A stretch of DNA of 63,182 nt, filler included, from Craspedostauros australis (taxonomy: Eukaryota): NCBI GenBank assembly GCA_030167865.1. It is 6 parts of 6 records of this genome, joined end to end, with 100 filler letters (N's around TTAATTAATTAA, not from the genome) between each part and the next. Parts side by side here need not be neighbours in the genome. Positions count along the whole stretch, not along the records: positions 1 to 26,974 come from JALAGF010000007.1; 5 more parts are not named here. One strand, written 5' to 3'. Both the position numbers and the translations under genes were made by a program. Every line of letters begins with the position of its first letter. Within the stretch, counting starts at the first letter, position 1. Of this stretch, positions 11,108 through 21,029 are shown one piece after another. The notes below the pieces were generated by a model. That model was not told the origin of the DNA. It searched no databases and worked only from the letters and a program-made list of their open reading frames with translations.

Positions 11108-12290
11108 GATGCGTGATTGCTTTGATTTCTCTTGTGGTGATTCGCTTTTCTCTGATGTGATGTGATGAAGTGTGATGTGGAGGCACTGGCTGGGGATGTG
11201 AGGTGTCAAGGACACGGAAGCAACTGGCACAATGATGAATGATGCCTACCACGATGAACGCATGCGGTTGTACATAGCAGTGCGGCAAGGGGGAAAGGCA
11301 AGGTTGCTCTGTCTCTCTTGGTCTGTTGTTGTTTGGTTGCTTCGCACCACCAAGAGAGTACTCGCGCGAGTGTCACCGCTGATGTGTCTGCCGCTGCCAC
11401 AACGCAAGAGAAGGAACAAGATGCTCACGAAAGCAGACGCAGACGCCCTTGCCGGCTGGTTTGTATCTTTGCGACAACGGATGCAAAGAGAGACGCGCTC
11501 AGAATTCCCTCCTTGACACCGCGAAGAAACAAACAGAACGCTTTCGAATTGTTGGTTGTTGTTGTTAGTCGAATTATTCAATTTGATCACTCCGAACACA
11601 ACAGCAACCATCCAACAGATGTCTTGCACCAGATGATGACGTTGGGGAGATGTGACACCACACAAACACCAACAACAACAGAGGAGCACCGCAGCAACGC
11701 GATGGTTCTGTGGATGCGGCGAAAGGTGCAAAATGACGGAGCCATCACATGCATCACCACCACCACCACCAAACACCACACACAGAGAGCATCTCTTGCG
11801 ATTCCTTCAAAAAAAAGAGAGGAAGAAACAAAGGAGAGAAGGAAAAAAGACCGTCACCGACCACTGCCAACCAGTCAATCGACAATCAGTGAATCCATCA
11901 GCCAATCCATCAGTGAATCCACCAACCATCCGCAACATCGACAGACAACCAAGCAAGACGTACGCATAGTAGTCGTTGTGCGACTTTCCTCCTCTTCCCT
12001 TCCCTTCCCCTCCGAGTCGAAGCAAGCCAAGGCGATCTCCACCCACCCGCTCATTGAATCTTCCAATCAGCTGCTGCCCAACTGCCACTCCCATCACTTT
12101 CCCAGCATCACCATCTGGTTGGCAATTGAGTATTTTGGCGATCGGCAATAGAGCGGTATAGTCGAATATTACACAACACCAAGTGTGTACACTCCACGAC
12201 CATCAGATTCGGCATCGGCAGTACCAAGCACAACACAGCATAGCACAACACAACATAGCACAACAGACGACAGACGACAGACGACACATC

Positions 12291-14378
12291 ATGACAGTAT
12301 CGATCACCACGGGCCGCGCGTTGGTGCAATTGGCACTCCTGGGCGGGTTCCTCTGCCCTTCACCCTCGCTGTTCGCCCTTGCGTGGACTGCCTCCGACCT
12401 TCCCTCGCAGCGTGCCAACCTGCTTACGACTGCTCGCACACAGACGATGTCATGGCGACAGGGAAGCATCAACGGCATCCCTAGAACCACATCTACTCGA
12501 TTGTTCTTCGAGAATCTAAACTCCGACAACTCTCACGATGATGCCAGTCACCGTCTTCAAAATGATCACTCGCACAATCAGAGCTCCAACGACGATGATG
12601 GCGAGGATCTGTTGTCGGGTCCAGCTGATCGCCAGCAGCAGCAACACCAACAACAACAGCAAATGGCACAGTCCACATTGTCGTTCTCAGCGTCAGCATC
12701 GGCGTCAGCATCATCAGAAGGGGCACAATCTGGTGACATCCGCAAGGCAGGCGACAATTCCGGAACGGACGAAGGTGACTTATCCAACGATCGATCCTAC
12801 CGTCTCGCCAAGGCGCAGGCTGAGATCGATCGCATCCTCAAGCTCCCGCTCGGTGGACCGTTCGACATCGAGACGGAGATGAAGCACGTCACCATCATCG
12901 CCCCGCCTGTCATCCAGGAGGGATCCATGGAGGACCAGCTGGAGAAGACGGTGGGCGCCATGGAGGAGGACCTTTACGACGCCATCAAGAACCACGACTA
13001 CGACACCGCACAACAGAAGCAGCAGGCCATGTCCCAGCTGCACGTCGATGACTGCGCGGCCGTGCTGCAGGTCAACCGGGCGTTCTACAGGGCATTCTCA
13101 GACAAGGACATCGCCGCCATGGAGCAGATCTGGCTCAAGGACAACACCTGCATCTGCATCCACCCCTCGCAGAAACCGCTCACGGGCGCCAACGACGTCT
13201 TCAAGAGCTGGAAGCGCATGTTCGAATCCACCATCGGCAGCTTCCAACGCAGCTGGATGGAACCGGACGCCATCCGCCTCTCCGTCAAGGGCGCGACGGC
13301 CACCGTCACGTGCGAAGAGAACGTGTACTACCGCCGCTTCGTCCGAGGCAAGAAACGCGAAACCGAGCTCACCAACAAGCTGCAGGCCACCAACATCTTC
13401 CGCAAGGTCGGGACCAAGTGGTACATGACGTACCATCATGCGTCGTGGCATGCCGACAGCGACGCCGCCAAGCAGGCGCTCAAGGCAGGCAGCAGCGTGC
13501 AAGGCACCACCGACAAGACGCCCACGTCCGACGATCCAAAAATCAAACCGCGCATCGATATTCGGACGCGCAATCCATCGTCCTTGCCGGATGGCGACAG
13601 CGACATCGAAGTGTCCGGCATTCAGAGCATTTTGGGAATCCCCAAGCCGGGTCCCTTGATTGGCAACGAAGGCGACGACGATGCGTCCGACGCCGGCAAG
13701 CCCAAGCAGAACGTCTTCATGGGTTCCCTGTCCGACCTGCTGGGCGGGAGCTTGGGCGATATCGTCGAAGGCGGTTCACCAAGCAACGGCAGCAACGACG
13801 GGAATGGCAATGACGATACGCCCATCACCAACGGCTCCATCATTCGCATCGCCAAGATAGACCCCGCGAACGGTGAGGCCATCGAGTTTGACAACGATTC
13901 CGAGTACGATTTCGAGGTGGACGATGGCACGGAGGATCATGACGACGGCAGCGGTGACAACGCGCATGGCGGTGCCATCGGTTATCGGAACGGATCCAAA
14001 GCACCGTCGAATGCTGACAGCGGTGCCAACAACGGTAACAACAGCAGCAGCAGCGGCGCGGCGTCCATCAAGGACACGCTGCGACAAAGCTGCATCAGCG
14101 CGCTGCGACGATTGACGAATCAAGGTCGGATATCGGCCAAACAGAAGCGCGTTCTGTTGACCGACATCATCAGCTGCTCAGCGAAGGGTGAGTACAGCAT
14201 GGTGGAGGTCGCGTACGAACTGCTGTGCAGCGAGAGCGCGGAAATGGAAGAAGTCGACACGGAGGATGATGCGGAGGAAGAATTTGCCGATCAGTGCCGC
14301 GTGTTTGCCGACGAATTCATCTTGCATTCGGAGGCCAGCAGCGACCGGCTTCGGGTCAATGGAGATCGGATGCGTTGA
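12291..14378 (+). CDS. Plastid-targeted UVR + SnoaL-like (NTF2-fold) domain protein with acidic linker and C-terminal helical domain
   Basis: Signal peptide ending ALA-W. UVR-like LYDAIKNHDYDTAQQKQQAM is followed by VLQVNRAFYRAFSDKDIAAMEQIW...CIHP....LTG...V..SW...VTCEE...ATNIFRKVGTKWYMTYHHAS (SnoaL_3-like). Confidence 0.85.
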   Translation: MTVSITTGRALVQLALLGGFLCPSPSLFALAWTASDLPSQRANLLTTARTQTMSWRQGSINGIPRTTSTRLFFENLNSDNSHDDASHRLQNDHSHNQSSNDDDGEDLLSGPADRQQQQHQQQQQMAQSTLSFSASASASASSEGAQSGDIRKAGDNSGTDEGDLSNDRSYRLAKAQAEIDRILKLPLGGPFDIETEMKHVTIIAPPVIQEGSMEDQLEKTVGAMEEDLYDAIKNHDYDTAQQKQQAMSQLHVDDCAAVLQVNRAFYRAFSDKDIAAMEQIWLKDNTCICIHPSQKPLTGANDVFKSWKRMFESTIGSFQRSWMEPDAIRLSVKGATATVTCEENVYYRRFVRGKKRETELTNKLQATNIFRKVGTKWYMTYHHASWHADSDAAKQALKAGSSVQGTTDKTPTSDDPKIKPRIDIRTRNPSSLPDGDSDIEVSGIQSILGIPKPGPLIGNEGDDDASDAGKPKQNVFMGSLSDLLGGSLGDIVEGGSPSNGSNDGNGNDDTPITNGSIIRIAKIDPANGEAIEFDNDSEYDFEVDDGTEDHDDGSGDNAHGGAIGYRNGSKAPSNADSGANNGNNSSSSGAASIKDTLRQSCISALRRLTNQGRISAKQKRVLLTDIISCSAKGEYSMVEVAYELLCSESAEMEEVDTEDDAEEEFADQCRVFADEFILHSEASSDRLRVNGDRMR

Positions 14379-14715
14379 ACGGTGAAGTAGAGTACCGATA
14401 GGGGGGAAACGAGTGAAACAGACAGAGAGGAACATTAAAACAACAACCCCACTATAATAATATTTGACATGAAATTAGACAACGAAGTAATCGTAGTGCT
14501 GTGGGTGTCGTGTTATATTAATACTCGTATGTACTCGCAGGTACTCACACCCGCTGCTCTCCAGAGAGAGATAGGTTGACGAATGATCAGACAGTACCTT
14601 GGTCTCCACTACTCGTACGAAGATATTATCTGTTGTTGGGAAGTGCCATGATCGTACCACAATACATATTATATAATAGTACTGAATGGAGCAATGCTGC
14701 AATGGTATGGCATTG

Positions 14716-15558
14716 TTAGTCGCTGCTATCGCCTCCAGCATCAATGTACGGCTGCATCAGCTGGAGCAATCCATCCTTCATCAATGCACCTTCCACTCGC
14801 TGCTGTTCTTTGCCGCCTTCCAGCACCACCAACGTGGGCAGACCTCCAACGCGGTACTTCTGTGCCACGTCCGGGTGCTTGTCGCTGTCCACCTTGATGA
14901 CCCGGACCGCGTCATTCCATTCCTGCGCCACCAACGATAGCTGCGGTGCCATCATCTGGCAGGGTCCACACCACGTGGCGTACACGTCCAACAGGATCGG
15001 CGTATCGGACGACGCCAACTCCTGCTCGAGCTGTTCTCCGTTCAACTCCACAACTTCGCCAGGCGCGATCATGCCCGTGACGCTGAAGTTGGCGCCCTCC
15101 TTCCATTTGGCAAAGACGGCCTGCACGAGATCCTCCTTCTCCACGAAGCTGCCCCATCGGATTTGTCGCTTGGCACATTCCTCGCGCAATTCTCGCACGC
15201 GCAATGATCGCAGTCGATCGAGCTCCTGTTGGAAGGATTCGTCGTCGTCCGCAGGTCCGGTCGCAGCTGCGATAGGTTCTTCTGTCGCGGATGCCTTCGA
15301 TTCGCGCGCTTCCAGCAACCGTTTCGTCAGGCTCTCGCGGTCGAAGCAATCCGCATAGGAGACGTTGCAATCTCGCAGCTCCTGCTGTATCTGTCCAAGT
15401 CGCATGTCGGCAATGTCGGAATCATTGGCAATATCCGCGTCGGCTGCTTGCCATCTTGAGGGAGTCGATCGCACTGGTGAAATCACGAAGCCATGGACAT
15501 GGCGAGCAAGCAGCAGCAGCAGCAGCAGTGGAAGGGACTTGATGTGATGCACCGTCAT
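14716..15558 (-). CDS. Plastid-targeted thioredoxin with two N-terminal SAP/ARMET-like helical repeats
   Basis: Thioredoxin domain LLDVYATWCGPCQMM...VGGLPTLVV...RVEGAL. Poly-Leu signal ending VHG-FVISP. Repeats MRLGQIQQELRDCNVSYADCFDRESL and LRVRELREECAKRQIRWGSFVEKEDLV. Confidence 0.9.
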   Translation of the reverse strand: MTVHHIKSLPLLLLLLLARHVHGFVISPVRSTPSRWQAADADIANDSDIADMRLGQIQQELRDCNVSYADCFDRESLTKRLLEARESKASATEEPIAAATGPADDDESFQQELDRLRSLRVRELREECAKRQIRWGSFVEKEDLVQAVFAKWKEGANFSVTGMIAPGEVVELNGEQLEQELASSDTPILLDVYATWCGPCQMMAPQLSLVAQEWNDAVRVIKVDSDKHPDVAQKYRVGGLPTLVVLEGGKEQQRVEGALMKDGLLQLMQPYIDAGGDSSD

Positions 15559-15803
15559 GTCTTGCAAGTCGTTTGCTCTCGTCGTTGATGTTGAGTCTAT
15601 GTGCGTGTCTCTTGCTGTGTCGCTCCTGTTACCAATGGTGCAGACGCTGCCACCAACGAATCGCAACCCCCAACCCATCACTCGCCACTCGTCACTCGTG
15701 ATTCCGTCGTGTTCGAGATGCAGCGATCATCATGGAAGATCGATTGTTTTCTTGTGTGGTTTCGCCTCTCTTGTTTTGATTTGTGGTGTGGCGATGATCC
15801 TGA

Positions 15804-15975
15804 TGACGTCACGGATTTCGCTGTTTGGCAAGAAGACATCTCGAAACGGACACGCTGAAGAACGTCCAACTCAGTCCCGTAAATGCCTTCATCACGAATC
15901 AAGGAAGCTGAACTGCGAAAGGACATGATGACGGGTCGTGCATAATCTGATTGGCCAATCACAACCTCGACGTCA
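15804..15975. promoter_or_regulatory. Putative bidirectional promoter elements between divergent thioredoxin and metallophosphoesterase genes
   Basis: TGACGTCA at 15804-15811, perfect palindrome TGATTGGCCAATCA (back-to-back CCAAT) at 15948-15961, and ACGTCA at 15970-15975. Confidence 0.35.
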
Positions 15976-16433
15976 CATCAAGTTGCGCCACGTCGACCAA
16001 GGAGATGGTATCCTTTTTGATCGTCCATCTGCTCTTTCGTGACACCAGATTCTCGGTGTCACCTCATCGTTGCCTTCGCCACATTCGCAGGTGGACGAAG
16101 ATGTTCCACACGAGACAGAGAGACGATGGTGCCGACGATCCGTGTTCCACTTTCCCAACAACGACGCACACCAAATGACACGCCGCATCCGGTCACGCCT
16201 CATTCTCCTTCCATCACACCTCACTGCCCATTCGACGCTACCCCAAACGCTACCTGCCTGCCTTCACAACCAAATCTGCATCAACACACACCAGCAACGC
16301 ATGATACATTGACAGTGATTGACAGTAATTGACAGTAACTGCAACAGCCCGACGCATAAACCAGAAAAGACGGAAGCCGCCCAACAACTGCAACACACTC
16401 GCAACAGCAACACAGAACAACAGCAGACGAACG

Positions 16434-18499
16434 ATGAAGACGGTGACAGCAGCGACGGCGATCGCCGCCTTGGCGTTCCAGACGAACGGCTGCGAGGCAT
16501 TCCAGGCTTCACGGCTGGCATCCAAGCTGAGCCTGAGGTCCCAGCACAACGCCTTGGCTTTGTCTCCTCTGCGCAGCTCCGCCGATGATGACAGCCGCGA
16601 TCCCTCGGCATTCAGCGTGGCCGTGCTGGGCGATCTGCACATCGACCCGCGCAAGATGGAGGACTACGAGATCGGGCGGCAGCAGTGGCTGGAGGTGTTC
16701 GAGAAGGAGCGCCTGGAGACCGACAACCTGGCGGTGGTGTCGCTGGGCGATCTGGGCGAGAGCAAGAACTGCGACCACAACGAGATGAACCCCGACGAGC
16801 TCTTCGCTGGCACCACCCCCTGCCATTCCATCGCGGCGGACTTCCTGTCCAGCTTCGATGGCATCCCCTACGAGGTCATTGGCGGCAACCACGATCTGGA
16901 GGGCATCGACGAGTTCCGAACGGACGCCAGCAACCTCGCCGCCTTCCTCAAGCTGCACAACAAGCCCACGCCGCACTTCGCACGAGAGATCGCGGAGAAG
17001 ACGGTCCTCGTCGGCCTGTGCTCCACCATCTTCCGCGACGCGCAGTACACCAGCCACGAGGTCATCATCGACGACGACCAAATCGCCTGGTTCGAGGACT
17101 ACCTCAAGAGCCACCCCGCCAACGAAGGATGGAAGATCTTCGTCTTCACGCACGCGCCGCCCAACGGCTCCGGTCTGCGCGTGCTGCAGGAGATCCACGT
17201 CGTCAACGGCTGCTGCTGGCTCAACCATTCCAACGAGCAGCGCTGTCGCAAGTTCATCGAGCTCGTGCGCGAGCACCGCAGCATCAAGGGATGGTTTTCG
17301 GGACACTTCCATCTCGGCCAGGATTATCAGGATTCCATCACCTTCCCAACAATTCCACGCGAAGAGGGACCTTACCCCAACCGTGGCAGCTGCGTCTTTG
17401 CGCAGACCTCCGTCATGCGAGCAGGAACGTCGCGTGACGGACGTCAGCAAAGCCGATTGCTGCGCGGAAATTCAAAGGGATTTGAGATTTGCACGGTCGA
17501 CCATGCCAAGGGTGGCACGATCCGTCTCGATGCCACCATCACCTACCGCGATGATAGCCACGAGCTCGGAGTCTACGCCCATCCCGACGAGAGCTTGGAG
17601 CACGACAACTACTTCAAGGTCAGAATGCCGCAAGAAGATGACGACGGCTACATGTGCGGTCCCGAGGATGAGACTGAATGCGTCCTCAGCGATGATCCGG
17701 TCGATGAACAAGGTACGTGCGTTGGGTCGGGTTGTGCTCTGCTATTTGCACCAGAGGCGAAGTTGAAGGAGACCTTGCTCGTTTCATAACGCCTGCGCGT
17801 GCTTGCGGCTCTGTTCGTTCGTTATTCATCAACGCGAAACTCATTTCATCATTGGCACGACACATACCAACGCCAACGCCACTGCCATACTCTGCTTGTC
17901 CCCTACTCTATTCGTATTCGTATTCGCGTCGACTCATACGTATGCATGGTACACACCTGCCAACAGACAACTACTGGTGGCGTCTGAGCTGCGGGCGGGT
18001 GCTGGGCCTGACCAACGGCATGCTTTTGGAGTACGACAGCAGCACGTTGGCGCCTCTCGGTTTGGTCGTCTCCGCGGACGAGTTGGTCGGCAAGCGCATC
18101 GCTGTCATCGACTCTGGCATTGAGGAATGCGAAATCAATTTCGACGCGGACGGTGCCATGGAGGAGGATCCGGATTGCGACATGGAAGGCTTCGATGAAC
18201 GCGAGCAGGCCGTCATCATGTACGATGAGAATTACGAGGTCACTGTCATCCAACCAAACGAGGATGGATCCTACTGGCGCAAGATCGTCCGCAACAAGAT
18301 CGCGAGAATGAAAGAGCGCCGACGCGAGAAGGCGGCCTTGGAATTCGCCGCAAAGGGTTTGGAGGAAGACAAATCGAACGTCAAGGAGAAGGTGCAAAGC
18401 AGCTGGGGGCCGTACACCACAACGAGCGGCATCGCCAAGTCCACTGTGGTGCCAGGCACGGAGAAGGCGCCAAAGCCAACGGCGTTCGTGTCGCGGTAG
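16434..18499 (+). CDS. Plastid-targeted calcineurin-like metallophosphoesterase; exons 16434-17712 and 17967-18499
   Basis: Metallophos motifs GDLH, LGDLG, GGNHD, FTH and GHFH. The phase-1 intron 17713-17966 (GTACGT...AACAG) gives in-frame DEQ-D-NYWWRLSCGR. Leader ends CEA-FQAS. Confidence 0.88.
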
Positions 18500-19011
18500 G
18501 AGGAGCAATCTTGCATTCGCGTGGCCTTTGACGCGCATGTTCTTACCTTACCACACAGATTTGCATACAAACGTGATTGTCTGATCAATGTGCAAATGGC
18601 ACAGCATTTCCCGTCCAACGCAATACAAACCGACGCAATGCCACAGCATTTCAATTTGCTGCAAGGGCTCACGAGGAAGCTCAGCGTCGACAATGCGGAC
18701 AGGAGAAGAGAAGAATAGAATACGAAAGCATGCCGCATGATTTCGTGTTCCATCATCAAGCATGAGCCTTAGCAACAGCCAACAGCACATACTTTGCTTT
18801 GCAAGCAACACTCGGCACTTCAGAGAGAAAGATGATATACTTGCCATCACGGTTGACTTCCATTATTTTACACTCAAACGTTATTCACAATAACCAACAC
18901 ACATTGACATTGACGCTGATACTGATGAGCACAGCAGATACAATTCTCCCTATCTGTCCCTCTGTCACTCCTCTGTTTTCAAGCACCGTGACACACGCAA
19001 AGAGCTGCGAA

Positions 19012-20151
19012 TCAAAGGACGTGCCCAAGATGCTGCTTCTTGGTTCGTGACATTGACGACCCAAACTGCCTGGGGTCTTCCACCGTCGTTTCGGCAATCA
19101 ATGCCCCGCCGGTTCTGCTGTCGTTGCCGATGCGCTTTTCATTGCGTCGCGAGAGCTTGACTTTGTGCTGTGGCTTGACCGTCCCATGGGTCAGCTCATG
19201 CTTGTACTTCTTGAGATTGTCGATGATGTGATAAGGATACGGCTGCGGTGATCGTTTGAATCGATCAGCGTGCAAGCGCGTCGCTGTTCGCAGCGCCCTG
19301 CCCTTCGAGTTGGAAACGTGAGAGGGTCGTGATAGCTTTCTTCGCTGGCTACTCTTCTGGCCAGCACTTGGCTTCCGATATTGGGGCCTGTTCGGCACGC
19401 CATCCAGGGATGACAAGAGAAAGATGAGTTCATCATCAGATCTATTTGGCTCGCCACTGCAGCGCCCATGATGTTGCTGATGTCCTCGATGGGGTTGGGG
19501 GTGACGACGATTCACGTACCGACGATGGAACTGATTGGCAGGAAGTGCTGATTCACCAGGATGCTGTCGGGAAAGCGGCGCGAAGGATACGCTCGGCGTG
19601 CGCCCGCCCACGGTTCTTCTTCTTGGATGCGTGACGATCATGTCCAGCAGTTCAGACTCCACGCAGCCGTTGTGTTGCGCGTTCGTGCTGCAATCGTCGG
19701 ATTCGTCGCATGCTACATTCGAAGCCTTGATAGTGAATTCCTCCAGCGAGGTATCGGATGGATACGTGGAGCTGCACGACGACACGGAGGTTCTCCAGCG
19801 CTCGTCATGCTCGGTTTTCTTCATGTTGCCATCACCCAAGGTGGAGCAACTGCGTCGATGCGAAGCACGCGAATTTCGTGAACGATGATGGTGTGCTTTG
19901 GAATTGGGACAAGACAATTCCAATCCGACGAGATCGTCTGCGCCGATGTTGATATCTTGCTCATCCGTGCTGGGCGTTGACCAATTTCGAAGTGCGGATG
20001 ATGCCAATTGGAGGCAACTGATAACTGAGATCCAGATCATGCTGAAGTCAATCATCAGTGCCGTTGCAGCTGCTACTGCTTTGGTCAACACGATCCCCAA
20101 ATGATTGATGGTGTCTGAGGAAGGCAAGATGAGAGCGAGAAGGTGCATCAT
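19012..20151 (-). CDS. Hypothetical protein, hydrophobic N-terminus and disordered Ser/Arg-rich remainder
   Basis: Open frame of over 1.1 kb; ATG pair at 20151/20148 followed by hydrophobic stretches. No recognisable domain and the start is uncertain. Confidence 0.5.
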   Translation of the reverse strand: MMHLLALILPSSDTINHLGIVLTKAVAAATALMIDFSMIWISVISCLQLASSALRNWSTPSTDEQDINIGADDLVGLELSCPNSKAHHHRSRNSRASHRRSCSTLGDGNMKKTEHDERWRTSVSSCSSTYPSDTSLEEFTIKASNVACDESDDCSTNAQHNGCVESELLDMIVTHPRRRTVGGRTPSVSFAPLSRQHPGESALPANQFHRRYVNRRHPQPHRGHQQHHGRCSGEPNRSDDELIFLLSSLDGVPNRPQYRKPSAGQKSSQRRKLSRPSHVSNSKGRALRTATRLHADRFKRSPQPYPYHIIDNLKKYKHELTHGTVKPQHKVKLSRRNEKRIGNDSRTGGALIAETTVEDPRQFGSSMSRTKKQHLGHVL

Positions 20152-21029
20152 CTTTTTCAACGCGGATGCTGGGAAGCCAGTGGACACCAGTATGACTATG
20201 TACGACGTCTTGTTTTGCGTCGAGGAAGAGGGTTTGGATGCGAGGGGAACGATGATTATGATCTCATGAGTTGCGTGTGAATTGGTGAGCATAGCATTCC
20301 CACGTTTTGCTGTGAGCGTCGCACTGAATTTGGTCGTCGATTGCCACCACGCCGCGCTTCGGGAGACGAGTCGTGACATCTCCAGACGCAAATCGTGGAA
20401 ATCTCATCGTGGAAAGCCGTTGTGGACAATCAACGTGGACGATTGGCGTGGACCATGATGACCAACACTGCCTGCTATTGTTGTTGACGGTGATGGCGAT
20501 GGAAGCGATGGTGGTGGAGATGAAAGTGATGAAGACGAAGGCGAACAGATTCTTTTTCCGTGTGTTGGTTTTGTGACGACCAACGGGTGAGCACGGTTTG
20601 AAGTTCGCACTTTGAAACTCAAACATGAATTGACCACTTCGACCAAGATGTGACATTTCTCCCGCAACCACAAACCGAAAACGACCAACAAAGAAGGAAA
20701 GAAAAGAAAAGTTGCGAGTCCATCGTGTTGCATTCGTTGATTAGAGTTGCGGTAAATGTTAATTTATGCACAAAATATGGTCGTTGAGTCAAGGGCTGCA
20801 TTCGCCACTATTATTTTGCAGTGAAGTGATTGTGTGTTCTTCCATTCCCGGACAATTAATGATTATTTGACAATTTACCTTGACTTTTTCTCACACATCA
20901 CCAACAAGCCGGCGTTGTTCCTTTCGTGTGTGATGTGCAGTGTCTCTCCTGGCCAACGTCGAATGATACCGACTCTTCCTCGTCCTGCTAACATTCGTCG
21001 TAGGAACAATCACGACGATCGCTGGCACG

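Noticed and set aside
11318..12151. 277-aa ORF between the AMMECR1 and SnoaL genes
   Set aside because: Built from low-complexity CA-rich promoter/UTR repeats, non-ATG start, no protein-like features.
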